DNA from: Bacteriovoracia bacterium
GTDB taxonomy: Bacteria; Bdellovibrionota; UBA1018; CAIPTA01
Direction: 5' to 3'
DNA length: 64,000 nucleotides
Assembly (NCBI GenBank): GCA_050246755.1
Contig: JBFWVL010000001.1
Location: 1,760,001 to 1,824,000, forward strand
Shown: positions 1 through 9,010 of the stretch, in pieces
Numbering within the stretch: the first letter of the stretch is position 1
Layout: the number at the start of each line of letters is the position of its first letter
Position numbers and translations under genes: made by a program
Notes under the pieces: generated by a model
Database searches by the model: none
Told to the model about the DNA's origin: nothing
What the model saw: the letters and a program-made list of their open reading frames with translations, nothing else

Positions 1-2
1 AG

Positions 3-545
3 GGCGTGATGAACGGCGCCTCAATGATTTTTCATCGGAGCCTGCTGGCCCGGGTGGGCGGCTTCGAGGTGGCGCTGAATCAGATCACCGACGATCTCTA
101 CCTCGCTAATAAATTTAACGGGCTCGGTGCCCGGTTCGCGCTTTTGCCCAATAATGTGGTGGAGCATATTCCGGCGCAGTCTTTTTCCGTTTTCTGGAAC
201 CGCGTTCTGCGTTGGCTGTTGATCGCGCGCTGCAACCGCAAAGATCTTTTCTACGGCGCGCCCACGAGCTGGGTATGGCAATGGAACTTGCTGATGCTGC
301 TGGTTACCTGCGATTCCCGCTTCCTGCTTCTCTTCGGAGCCGCGCTGGCTGGGCGCCTCCTGTTCTCGATGATTTTTCAGGGAACGCTAGCCGGATGGCG
401 TGAATGCTGGAAGGTGATCGTGATCCCGATCTACGATTTGCTGGGGCCCGTGGCCTGGACTATCTCCCTCTTTACGAAAAATATCGTGTGGGCCGGGAAC
501 GAGCTGATCGTGAGTTCGAGTGGTACTTTGGAGCACAAGAAGTAA
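3..545 (+). CDS. GT2 glycosyltransferase, HpnI / ceramide glucosyltransferase-like (C-terminal part, 5'-truncated by the window)
   Basis: Contains GGF...ITDD (third Asp motif), an RVLRW variant of QxxRW, and C-terminal TM helices ending IVWAG. Its stop abuts the cyclase ATG (TAAATG). Confidence 0.75.
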   Translation, partial: GVMNGASMIFHRSLLARVGGFEVALNQITDDLYLANKFNGLGARFALLPNNVVEHIPAQSFSVFWNRVLRWLLIARCNRKDLFYGAPTSWVWQWNLLMLLVTCDSRFLLLFGAALAGRLLFSMIFQGTLAGWRECWKVIVIPIYDLLGPVAWTISLFTKNIVWAGNELIVSSSGTLEHKK

Positions 546-2444
546 ATGGCCTATAGCCCCGCAATGAAAACCGCGATCGCTAAAGCGGAAGATTTTCTGC
601 TCGCTGCCCAGAACAAAGATGGCTCCTGGATCGGGGAGGTGGGCCTCAATCCCGGGCCTACGGCCCAGGCGGTGATGCTCTACGCGAGCCTGCAGAAAAA
701 ATTCCCGGCTTCGGTGGCACCGAAGGCGAAGCAGTATGTGCTGCGCACCCAAAATCCCGACGGGGGATGGAGCACGCATCCTGGTGCGCCCAGCGAGGTT
801 TCGCTTACCTGTGAATGCTACGTGGCGCTACGGCTCTTGGGAGTGCCTGCATCCGATCCCGTTTGCGCCAAAGCGCGGAGCGTGATCGAAGCGGCGGGGG
901 GAACGAGCGCGGCCAATCCCTGGACCCAGCTTTATCTTGGCATCCTGGGAGTTCTTCCTTGGGAAAAAATCCAAATCATTCCCATCGAGCTCGTGCTCCA
1001 GCCCGCATTTTCACCATTTTCGATCGAGCATCTAGCCTACTGGGTGAGGGTGATCACGGTGCCGATGATGCTCGTGGGCGCAATTGGCCCTTATCCGCTC
1101 GCGAAAATGGCGGGAGAGCTGGCCGAAGAACTCTCCACCGAAAATTTCGACTCGCGAAGAAATATGGGGATGATCGGAAAAATCATCGCGAAGTGCGCCG
1201 CCGTGGCGGGCCACGTGGGAGTGCCCGGGCTGCGCGCAGTGGCGATTAAAAAATCCCTGGAGTATATCCGCAGCTGGACCGAGAAACACGGCGACTTCGG
1301 CGGCAATACTTGCACTGCGATCAACGTGATCGTGGCGTATTCGAAAATCGGCGAACATGAAGAGGAAGTGCGCAAAGGGCTCGAAGCGTTCATGAGCTAC
1401 GCGATCGAGACGGAGGAGGAATGGCGCCTGCAAACCTGCCAGAGCCATGTCTGGGACGCGGCCTTCGTGATGCAGGCTTTGCGCGGGGAAAACCCCAGTG
1501 CGAAGGTAAAGGCCGCGCTCGAGCGCGGAGCGGAGTGGCTTACCGATCGCCAGATCGTGAAAACGCGCGGGCCCTGGAGCAAGAACGTGAAGGCCGCCCC
1601 GGGGGGGTGGTGTTTCGGGAATCGCCACGAGCATTTTCCCGTAACCGATTGCACGGCGGTTTCGGTTTTGGCGCTGAAAGATACCGTGCCCGATTATTGG
1701 AATACCCGCGGCTCCCGGCTCGCGGTGGACTGGCTCGTGGGGATGCAGCACGGCACGGGCGGCTGGTCGGCCTACGAAAAATTCGAGCGCGGCGAGCTCC
1801 TCAACCGCCTGGTGACGTTCAAGGATATTCCCGATGCCCTTGTGGATCGCCCGAAGGCCGACGTTTCGGCCAAGGTAGTGGAGGCGCTCTGCGCGGCAAG
1901 GCCCTGGCATCCGGAGCTTCATTCCGTATTGGCCGATGCCCGGGCCTTCCTGCTCGCGAAACGGGAAACTTCCTACCAGGTTTGGCGGGGGAACTACGGA
2001 ATAAATTATATTTATGGAACATCCTTCGCCGCCAAGGCTTTGCGGGCCATCGATGGGCATCCCAGCGTGGACTGGGCTCCCGCTGTGCTGCGCTTTTTCT
2101 TGAATCGCCAGAACGGAGATGGGGGCTGGGGTGAGAGCGACGCCAGCTACTTTCATAAGGAGAAGGCGGGGTACGGGCCCTCCACGGTTACCCAAACGGC
2201 CTGGGCTCTATTGGGTCTTATTCACGCGTTGGATCCGTCAAACCCCCCTAAAGAGGCCTTAAAAGCGATTAAAAATGGGGTAGAGTACCTGCTTAAAAAA
2301 CAGGAGGAAGCCGGCAATTGGACCGAGGAACTGTCTTTGTGCACGGTTTTTCCGGGCATGGTTTACTTCCACTACGAATTTTATCCCGTGGTATTTCCGC
2401 TGCTCGCTTTGCGCGAAGCGGGCAAAATACTGGCAGCTCACTAG
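546..2444 (+). CDS. Class II triterpene cyclase (squalene-hopene / oxidosqualene cyclase family) with DCTA catalytic motif
   Basis: 632 aa with QW repeats (QNKDGSW, QNPDGGW, QHGTGGW, QNGDGGWGE, QEEAGNW), SHVWD, GGWCF...PVTDCTA, and GINYIYGT. Confidence 0.92.
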   Translation: MAYSPAMKTAIAKAEDFLLAAQNKDGSWIGEVGLNPGPTAQAVMLYASLQKKFPASVAPKAKQYVLRTQNPDGGWSTHPGAPSEVSLTCECYVALRLLGVPASDPVCAKARSVIEAAGGTSAANPWTQLYLGILGVLPWEKIQIIPIELVLQPAFSPFSIEHLAYWVRVITVPMMLVGAIGPYPLAKMAGELAEELSTENFDSRRNMGMIGKIIAKCAAVAGHVGVPGLRAVAIKKSLEYIRSWTEKHGDFGGNTCTAINVIVAYSKIGEHEEEVRKGLEAFMSYAIETEEEWRLQTCQSHVWDAAFVMQALRGENPSAKVKAALERGAEWLTDRQIVKTRGPWSKNVKAAPGGWCFGNRHEHFPVTDCTAVSVLALKDTVPDYWNTRGSRLAVDWLVGMQHGTGGWSAYEKFERGELLNRLVTFKDIPDALVDRPKADVSAKVVEALCAARPWHPELHSVLADARAFLLAKRETSYQVWRGNYGINYIYGTSFAAKALRAIDGHPSVDWAPAVLRFFLNRQNGDGGWGESDASYFHKEKAGYGPSTVTQTAWALLGLIHALDPSNPPKEALKAIKNGVEYLLKKQEEAGNWTEELSLCTVFPGMVYFHYEFYPVVFPLLALREAGKILAAH

Positions 2445-2538
2445 GCAAAACCTCCACACCTGTACAAAAGATAAACAAAAAATGGGGGCCGGAATCGATA
2501 TTCCCCAACGAAACTCAGGTGTTTGCCCGAATTTATAC

Positions 2539-2570
2539 TTGACTGTTTTTGTCGGATTCTTTAGTATACT
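2539..2570 (+). promoter_or_regulatory. sigma70-type promoter, probably leaderless
   Basis: TTGACT-N17-TAGTAT, with overlapping TATACT (2565-2570) 6 nt before ATG 2577; no Shine-Dalgarno. Confidence 0.55.
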
Positions 2571-2576
2571 TGCACC

Positions 2577-3992
2577 ATGTTGAAGCTAAAGCTGTTGATG
2601 TTGCTTACCGTAGGTTCCACCGCGCTCGCCGCCAATTCCTTCGCTGGAGTTATATACGATAAAGGCGGGATGCCCCGCTGTATCTCGATGGAAGGAAGAG
2701 ACCTCCTTCTCCTCTGGGATGCATCAGACCTCTACTCCCGGGAGATCTATACCCTCGACACCGGTACCTATACGGCCCGCGATACCATGAATCCGCAGAC
2801 CTATAACTGCCACAGCTTGCCCGCGAAGCTGAGCGAAGTGCCAAAATCTGATTTAACCGTTCTCGCCAAAGGCGCCAAAAGCGTGGGCCCATTCAGCCTG
2901 GCCAGCGCCCGCATGCAGAAATCCTTAGACCAAATTCGCAATGGCGCTACCGCCTACCGCGAAGAAACCGACGCAAAATCCTTCCTGCGCAAGTACCCCA
3001 TTTCGAATTTCACGCTCGAAACCAACCGCCGGCTCACCGCGATGTATGGTGTGGGCTTCGTTTCCGAGATCTACGCCGAGATCATCGCCAGCGACCCAAA
3101 CAACAAGGCATTCTCCGATTTGATCAACGGCAACCTTCGTTCCCAGGCTTCCGATCTGGCCGCCGTGAAAAAGAATCGCACCGTGATCTACGTGAAAGGA
3201 ATCGGCCACGAGCTGAACAATTCCAAGCAGTACGATGTGTTCGTGGATAATCTCCGCAAAGGCGGCGTGGAAGTGAAAATCGTGAAAACTCACTCTTGGG
3301 ACACGATCGATACGAACGCCGCGATCGTGAAGAGAGCGCTCGAGATCGAGCTCAAGAAAGGCAAAAGCCTGATCTTGATCGGCCTTAGCAAGGGCGGCTC
3401 GGAATCCCTCCTCGCGCTTTCTATGCTTAGCAAGACTCTCGATGCGAAGCCCGCTGGCTACGGAAAAGTGGAAGCCTACCTCGGCCTCTCGGGCGTATAT
3501 GGCGGATCTTTCCTTGTGGACTGGGCCGGCAGCCTTCCCCAGCGCTTGATCATGAGTCATCTCATGAAAGACGAATATGAAAAAGAAGGCAAGAAGCTGC
3601 CCACGATCGACGGAATCCTCGACGTGAAATCCGAACCCGTGGCCGACGTGATGAAGCAAGTAGCCCATAACGGCTTGCCCCAGGAAACCACTTATTTCAG
3701 CATCGTGGGCGCGATCACCGGCGATGGTCTCGCCGCTAAAACTTCCTATATTCGCAGCTTGCAGCAAGACATCATCCGCGCGCAGCTCGACGGCTACGGC
3801 GCGAACGATGGATACATCGAGTATCCCGGAACCGCGGTACCGAAAAAATTAGTGAAGAAGTCCTATATCGGTAGCTTGAATGCGAGCCATTCCCTTGTGG
3901 ACGGCACGTACCAAGGGCAGCCGGTGGTGGGTGGCCCGGAAAACGTAGTGAACGCCATCTCGATGGCCGTTTTCCAGATTCTCGCAAAGTAA
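2577..3992 (+). CDS. Secreted alpha/beta-hydrolase (lipase/acyltransferase-like)
   Basis: Sec signal peptide. VKGIG oxyanion segment, GLSKG nucleophile elbow (3381-3395), and NDG and ASH as candidate Asp/His triad members. Confidence 0.75.
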   Translation: MLKLKLLMLLTVGSTALAANSFAGVIYDKGGMPRCISMEGRDLLLLWDASDLYSREIYTLDTGTYTARDTMNPQTYNCHSLPAKLSEVPKSDLTVLAKGAKSVGPFSLASARMQKSLDQIRNGATAYREETDAKSFLRKYPISNFTLETNRRLTAMYGVGFVSEIYAEIIASDPNNKAFSDLINGNLRSQASDLAAVKKNRTVIYVKGIGHELNNSKQYDVFVDNLRKGGVEVKIVKTHSWDTIDTNAAIVKRALEIELKKGKSLILIGLSKGGSESLLALSMLSKTLDAKPAGYGKVEAYLGLSGVYGGSFLVDWAGSLPQRLIMSHLMKDEYEKEGKKLPTIDGILDVKSEPVADVMKQVAHNGLPQETTYFSIVGAITGDGLAAKTSYIRSLQQDIIRAQLDGYGANDGYIEYPGTAVPKKLVKKSYIGSLNASHSLVDGTYQGQPVVGGPENVVNAISMAVFQILAK

Positions 3993-3997
3993 TCCTC

Positions 3998-4024
3998 GTT
4001 GTTGTTGAACCAGTTGTTGTTGTT
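3998..4024 (+). repeat. (GTT)3-GAACCA-(GTT)4 trinucleotide tract in the 5' UTR
   Basis: Read directly from the sequence, immediately before the GAGG SD (4025-4028). Confidence 0.8.
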
Positions 4025-4035
4025 GAGGTTTTGAA

Positions 4036-5427
4036 ATGTCGAACGTTGTTAATAAGAATAGTCCTGACTTTTTGATCGTTGGCGCTAGCATCGCGGGCAC
4101 CGCCCTGGCGGTTGGTCTCAGAGAAAAAGGTTTCAACGTGATGCTGATCGAGCGCGAAGCTTCGCCCCGTGAGCGCTTCAAGGGAGAATTTCTCCAGCCC
4201 TTCGCCGTGAAACAATTCACGAAGCTAGGCTTCGGCGATCTCTTCCACGCCGAAGGCACCCAGAAGATCCGCGAATTGAAATTCCGCGATCTCGACAAGG
4301 ACAATAACGTGGTGAGCGAAGTACTCGTGCCCTACCTGGGCCAAGATTTTGCCGCCGTGGTTCCCCATAAAGATTTGATCACCGGCCTCCAGAAGCGCGC
4401 CACCGAGCTTTTAGGCGAAAGCTTCCTACTCGGCACCACCGCGGAACCGCTGAACCAAGCTGACGCCGATTTTCTAGAGCACCCACGCTTCCTGATCAAG
4501 CGCGAAGGCCAAGAGTCCTTCGAGATCTCACCCCGTTTCGTGATCGGCTGCGACGGACGCCAGTCGGCGGTTCGTTCCTGGATGGGGGGCCCCAAGGCTC
4601 CCGCCATGGGTTCGCCCACCTTCGGCACCCAGCCCGAATTCATCGTGGGCGCCGAGCTTCACGGCAAACGTCCACTCCCTTGCCGTTACGAAGTGATCCG
4701 TACCGCGGGCCAAGGCACAATCGCGCTTTTCCAAACCCGGCCGGAATCGCAGCGCCTCTACTGGAACGCGCTCGCCGTTCCCGGTTCGAATAAAAAAACC
4801 TGGGAGAGCTCGCTCCAGAAGATCGTTCCCGAGCTGAAAGAGCTGGCCGACCTCGATTCCTCCGACGTGGAGAACGTAGCTGGCAGCCCCGCCGACCAAG
4901 TCTGGTTCGGCCCCGCCGCGAAATCGAACTTCTTCCTCGTGGGTGACGCGCTCGCCGTTACCTCTCCGCTCGGCGGACAGGGCATGACCTGCGCCATGCG
5001 CGAAGTGGAATCTCTTCTCCAGAGTTTCCAGCAGTACGTTGATGGTGTTTCTACCCTCGGCGAAGTACGGGAAGACTACTCTTCGCTCGCCCGCTCCACC
5101 TACTACCATATCTGCCTGCTGAACTTCGGCCTCTACTATCTCTTCTACGCCTCGGGCCGTATGTTCAAGCTCGTTTCCCGCTTCATTCTCGGGGAATGGA
5201 ATAAGCATCCCGAAATTTGCGCTCGCGTGGGCGCGCTCTTCAGCGGCATGAGCTTCGACACTCCCGGCCTCGGTGAGCTTCTCCGTCTTTGGGGAATCCT
5301 ATCCTGGGTACAACCCGCCGCCCACAAGCCGGCTCCTCGCAAATCCTTCATCGGCGCCGCGCTCTACCGCCGCCGTTATACGGATGCGCGCGAGCAGCAC
5401 CGCGCCAATAAAGCGCACTCCGCGTAA
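4036..5427 (+). CDS. FAD-dependent monooxygenase, squalene epoxidase-like
   Basis: N-terminal IVGASIAG...LIERE...GEFLQP (SQLE-type GE[FL]LQP), DG motif GCDGRQS, and GD motif GDALAVTSPLGGQGMT. Confidence 0.8.
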   Translation: MSNVVNKNSPDFLIVGASIAGTALAVGLREKGFNVMLIEREASPRERFKGEFLQPFAVKQFTKLGFGDLFHAEGTQKIRELKFRDLDKDNNVVSEVLVPYLGQDFAAVVPHKDLITGLQKRATELLGESFLLGTTAEPLNQADADFLEHPRFLIKREGQESFEISPRFVIGCDGRQSAVRSWMGGPKAPAMGSPTFGTQPEFIVGAELHGKRPLPCRYEVIRTAGQGTIALFQTRPESQRLYWNALAVPGSNKKTWESSLQKIVPELKELADLDSSDVENVAGSPADQVWFGPAAKSNFFLVGDALAVTSPLGGQGMTCAMREVESLLQSFQQYVDGVSTLGEVREDYSSLARSTYYHICLLNFGLYYLFYASGRMFKLVSRFILGEWNKHPEICARVGALFSGMSFDTPGLGELLRLWGILSWVQPAAHKPAPRKSFIGAALYRRRYTDAREQHRANKAHSA

Positions 5428-5451
5428 TTCTCGATCTCTCAACAACATGGT

Positions 5452-5487
5452 GGGGCCGAACTTTGGTTCGGCCCCTTTTTCTTTTTA
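5452..5487 (+). terminator. Rho-independent terminator
   Basis: Perfect 10-bp stem GGGGCCGAAC-TTTG-GTTCGGCCCC followed by a T-tract. Confidence 0.9.
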
Positions 5488-5642
5488 GCTCCGCAACGCC
5501 CACACTGCAGAGTGTTCGGTAAAAAAACACGTCTCTTTTTGGCTCGATTTTCGGCGAAAAGATAACAGGTAGAGGGGCCCGTTTTCCCTCGGGAAAAGCC
5601 CACCTAAGTTGACGGTTTTTTGAATCTAATCGATCATTAAAC

Positions 5643-6968
5643 ATGCCTTTTTCCGCCCCCCGAAAAGCAAAATCGCTTTCGCTCATTTTATTGAGCTGCG
5701 CGCTTTGCCCGGCGGCGGACGCGGCCCGGCCGATTTTAACGCCGCGAAAGGCCGCACCGCTGCTGATCTACGATATTGGGCTCGAATTGTGGGGCGCAGG
5801 CGGCGCACGCTCGCTCGCGAAAACCCCGGTGAATCCGGACAATCTCGTGGCGCGTATTCCGGAAACCGCGCTCACGGCGGAAGCGCGGCCAGACGTGCGC
5901 CTCCGCGTGAAAAAAGCCCGCGTAACGGCGCGGCCCCGCCTAATCTATACGCAAAACAATACGAAATCGGGCGCGGCCAAAACCACCAAGAACGTGGGCC
6001 GGATCCAGTGGAGCGAAGCCTACGCCTCGCTCGACATTTCGGATACGCTAGCGCTCGCCTACGGGTTGCAAAATTACCAGTGGGGCCCTTCTGAGTCGGC
6101 GAGCCCCAGCAATAGAATTTTCCGCGATACGGTAGAGGCCAAAGACGTGCTCTACGTAGTAAAGGGCAAACACCTCGTGCGCGTGAATTTTACTCCTCGG
6201 CCGGGGTGGAGCGAAGTGGCGCTCTTCGAAGTTTCCACGAACGGAAGCCCGGAATACGAAGCCCAGGAAAAGTTCGCCCAGAAGGCGCTCCTGAAATCGG
6301 AGTATTCCTGGGGCGGGGGCGCGGATTATGCCGGCATCGTTACGGGCTGGAGAAACCACGATGGGCTCTGGATCGGAGAGTACTTTAATTCCGACGTCTA
6401 CGAAGGCCTTTCGCTTTTTTTCGATATCAGCCACCAGATGGGAAGCCTGGCGTACTATCCCGTGGATAATTCCGGCGTCACCGTTCTTTCCCAGGCGCAT
6501 AAGTCCGATAAGAAAATTTATACCTTCGCCACCTTCGGCGGCCACTACGCGTTCGTGAACGGAATCGATCTCCGCTTCGAGGGAATTTTTCAGGAAGCCG
6601 GTTACAGCAAGAAACAAGTGCAGTCGGTATGGAACGCCCTCGCTTCGAACGTGCCGCAGCAGCAGGTTTTCTTCGCCATGAACTCGGCGCTGGCGTACCA
6701 GAACGGGCTCGAGTTTCCCGGGCAGAAATATCTATTCTCCTCCGTGCGCTATCCGAATTTTTTGAACGTGCGGAACTGGACGCTCTACGCGCGCGGCCTT
6801 CTTTCGCTGCAGGATTCCTCGAGCTCGGCCTTTCTGAGCTCGGAAAACGCCGTGGGCCAGCGCGGAACGATTTTCGCGAGCGTAGCCGCCTTCTCGGGAA
6901 AAATGGATTCGGAGCTGCGGGGCCTCGTGGCCTACGCGGGAATATTGGGGTACCGGCATGCCTGGTAG
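5643..6968 (+). CDS. Probable outer-membrane beta-barrel protein of the Lol-like ABC cassette
   Basis: Signal peptide, alternating aromatic/polar beta-strand pattern, C-terminal aromatic residue (GYRHAW); first gene of the cassette. Confidence 0.6.
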   Translation: MPFSAPRKAKSLSLILLSCALCPAADAARPILTPRKAAPLLIYDIGLELWGAGGARSLAKTPVNPDNLVARIPETALTAEARPDVRLRVKKARVTARPRLIYTQNNTKSGAAKTTKNVGRIQWSEAYASLDISDTLALAYGLQNYQWGPSESASPSNRIFRDTVEAKDVLYVVKGKHLVRVNFTPRPGWSEVALFEVSTNGSPEYEAQEKFAQKALLKSEYSWGGGADYAGIVTGWRNHDGLWIGEYFNSDVYEGLSLFFDISHQMGSLAYYPVDNSGVTVLSQAHKSDKKIYTFATFGGHYAFVNGIDLRFEGIFQEAGYSKKQVQSVWNALASNVPQQQVFFAMNSALAYQNGLEFPGQKYLFSSVRYPNFLNVRNWTLYARGLLSLQDSSSSAFLSSENAVGQRGTIFASVAAFSGKMDSELRGLVAYAGILGYRHAW

Positions 6969-6974
6969 GAGTGA

Positions 6975-7655
6975 GTGATGAGCAAGTCGATCATAAAATT
7001 GGAAAATATTTCGAAGGATTACCGCATGGGTCAGATCCGCGTGCCCGCGCTGAAATCCGTGAACCTGGATATTTTCGCCGGTGAATTCACCGCCGTGATC
7101 GGAGCTTCCGGCTCGGGCAAGAGCACGCTGCTGAATATGATTGGCTGCATCGATCAGCCCGATACCGGGAAGATCTTTCTCGACGGCGTGAATATCATTC
7201 CCCTGAGCGACGATAAGAAGAGCGATCTCCGGAACCAGAAAATTGGATTTATTTTTCAGTCGTTCAATCTCGTGCCGGTGCTTTCGGTATTCGAGAACGT
7301 AGAGCTTCCGCTGCTCATCAATCCCGCCATCTCGGCCGAAGACCGCAAAAAGCGCGTGCTCCAGGCCATCGACGATGTGGGTCTCCAGGCGTACGCCAAA
7401 AATCTTCCCGATCAGCTCTCGGGAGGGCAACGCCAGCGCGTGGCGATCGCCCGCGCCCTGGCCGGCAATCCCGTGCTGGTATTAGCCGACGAGCCTACCG
7501 CCAACCTCGATTCGGATTCTTCCAACAAGATCCTCGATCTGATGATCGATCTCAACTCCAAGCGCGGGATCACCTTTCTCTTCTCCACCCACGATGAAAA
7601 GCTGATGAAGCGCGTTTCCCGTATCATTCACATCAAAGACGGGGTGGTTGGCTGA
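6975..7655 (+). CDS. ABC transporter ATP-binding protein, LolD/MacB-like
   Basis: GASGSGKST, FQSFNL, LSGGQRQR, LADEPT and STHD motifs. Confidence 0.95.
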   Translation: MMSKSIIKLENISKDYRMGQIRVPALKSVNLDIFAGEFTAVIGASGSGKSTLLNMIGCIDQPDTGKIFLDGVNIIPLSDDKKSDLRNQKIGFIFQSFNLVPVLSVFENVELPLLINPAISAEDRKKRVLQAIDDVGLQAYAKNLPDQLSGGQRQRVAIARALAGNPVLVLADEPTANLDSDSSNKILDLMIDLNSKRGITFLFSTHDEKLMKRVSRIIHIKDGVVG

Positions 7656-9010
7656 TGTGGCAGTTCTGGTTCCTTTCCCTTAGAAACCTTCGTCGCAATT
7701 CCAAGCGGAATCTCGCCACGGGCTGCGCGATCGCGTTCGGTTTCTGCGGGATCCTGCTTTTGCAGGCCTACGCCTTTCGCGTGGAGAATTTTCTGCGCGT
7801 GCACACGCTCTACTCCCTGCACACTGGACATATCGTGTTGCTCGCGGACCAGGGCTTCGATAAATTTCGCTATAATCCCCGCAAGTATAGCCTCACGCCC
7901 GAAGACCAGCGCTTCATCCTGAACGCCTTGAAAGACGAGGCCGGGATCGAGGCGGTGGAGAAGCAAATCACCGGGCAGGGTCTGCTGGGGAACGGCTGTA
8001 TCTCGCTGCCGTTCATAGCGCGGGGATTAGAGCCCGCGGTCGACAAGATCCTCCGGGCGCACCCGCAAGTAAAGGAATGGATGCCCAACCAAAAATTCCT
8101 GAAATCAGGGCAGGGGCTTTCCGATTCTAAGGCAGGTGAAGGCCTACTCCTGAGTTTGGGGCTGGCTACGGCGCTAGGCAAAACCACGATGCTCGGCGAT
8201 ATTCCGCCTGGTGCGCCGATTACGCTCGTGGATTGCGCGGCTCCCGACGTGAAGGAGCAGCTGAAAAAAGATTCCAACGTGCAGCTGCTTTCCGGCACTT
8301 GGCGGGGAGCAATGTCGGCGGTGGATGGAGAAGCCATCGGAATCTTCCAGACCGGGTTCCAGGAAGCCGACAATTCCGCCATTTTGGCCGACGTGGCCTT
8401 GCTCCAAAAATTGTTCGATACCGAGAACGTGGAGAGAATTTCGGTCTGGCTTAAAGACGATAAAAAAATCCCCGAGCTTTCCAAAAAACTAAACGAAAAG
8501 TTCGCCGCCGCCGGGAAGAAATATGATCTCGTTTCTTGGAATGAAGAACGGCTTTCCCCTTACTATTTCGGCTCGAAGCAATTTCTCGACACTCTTTCGG
8601 CCTTCGTTTCGATGATCCTCGCCGCGGTGATCGCCCTCTCCGTGCTCAATTCCACCACCATGACGATCATGGAACGTTCCCAGGAAATCGGCATGTACCG
8701 CGCGATGGGATTCCGCCGCCGGCAGGTGCGACGCCTTTACCTGCAGGAATCGCTGCTGCTCTCCTTGATTTCGCTCGGGGTGGGCACGCTTCTAACCATC
8801 GCGGTGATCCTGGCCATCAATTCCGCCAATATTGTTTACTATCCGCCTGGTGTCTCAAACGGGATGGTCCTTCGTTTCGTGCTTAACGAAAGCTCTGCGG
8901 CGAAGGCCGCGGGGATGATCCTAGTCCTGGTTTTATTGGCTACGTTCATGGCGGTTTCTAGCCGGCTCCGGCAAAAACCCGCTGACTTATTGGGAGGTAC
9001 TTTACGATGA
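7655..9010 (+). CDS. ABC transporter permease, FtsX/LolC-E/MacB family
   Basis: N-terminal RNLRRN plus a TM helix, large periplasmic domain, ERSQEIGMYRAMGF, and 3 C-terminal TMs. Confidence 0.9.
   Translation: MWQFWFLSLRNLRRNSKRNLATGCAIAFGFCGILLLQAYAFRVENFLRVHTLYSLHTGHIVLLADQGFDKFRYNPRKYSLTPEDQRFILNALKDEAGIEAVEKQITGQGLLGNGCISLPFIARGLEPAVDKILRAHPQVKEWMPNQKFLKSGQGLSDSKAGEGLLLSLGLATALGKTTMLGDIPPGAPITLVDCAAPDVKEQLKKDSNVQLLSGTWRGAMSAVDGEAIGIFQTGFQEADNSAILADVALLQKLFDTENVERISVWLKDDKKIPELSKKLNEKFAAAGKKYDLVSWNEERLSPYYFGSKQFLDTLSAFVSMILAAVIALSVLNSTTMTIMERSQEIGMYRAMGFRRRQVRRLYLQESLLLSLISLGVGTLLTIAVILAINSANIVYYPPGVSNGMVLRFVLNESSAAKAAGMILVLVLLATFMAVSSRLRQKPADLLGGTLR

Noticed and set aside
546-2444. Annotating the cyclase simply as shc/hpnF or as lanosterol synthase
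   Set aside because: It lacks the DxDD needed for a standard SHC call and lacks several OSC-specific segments, so no gene symbol was assigned.
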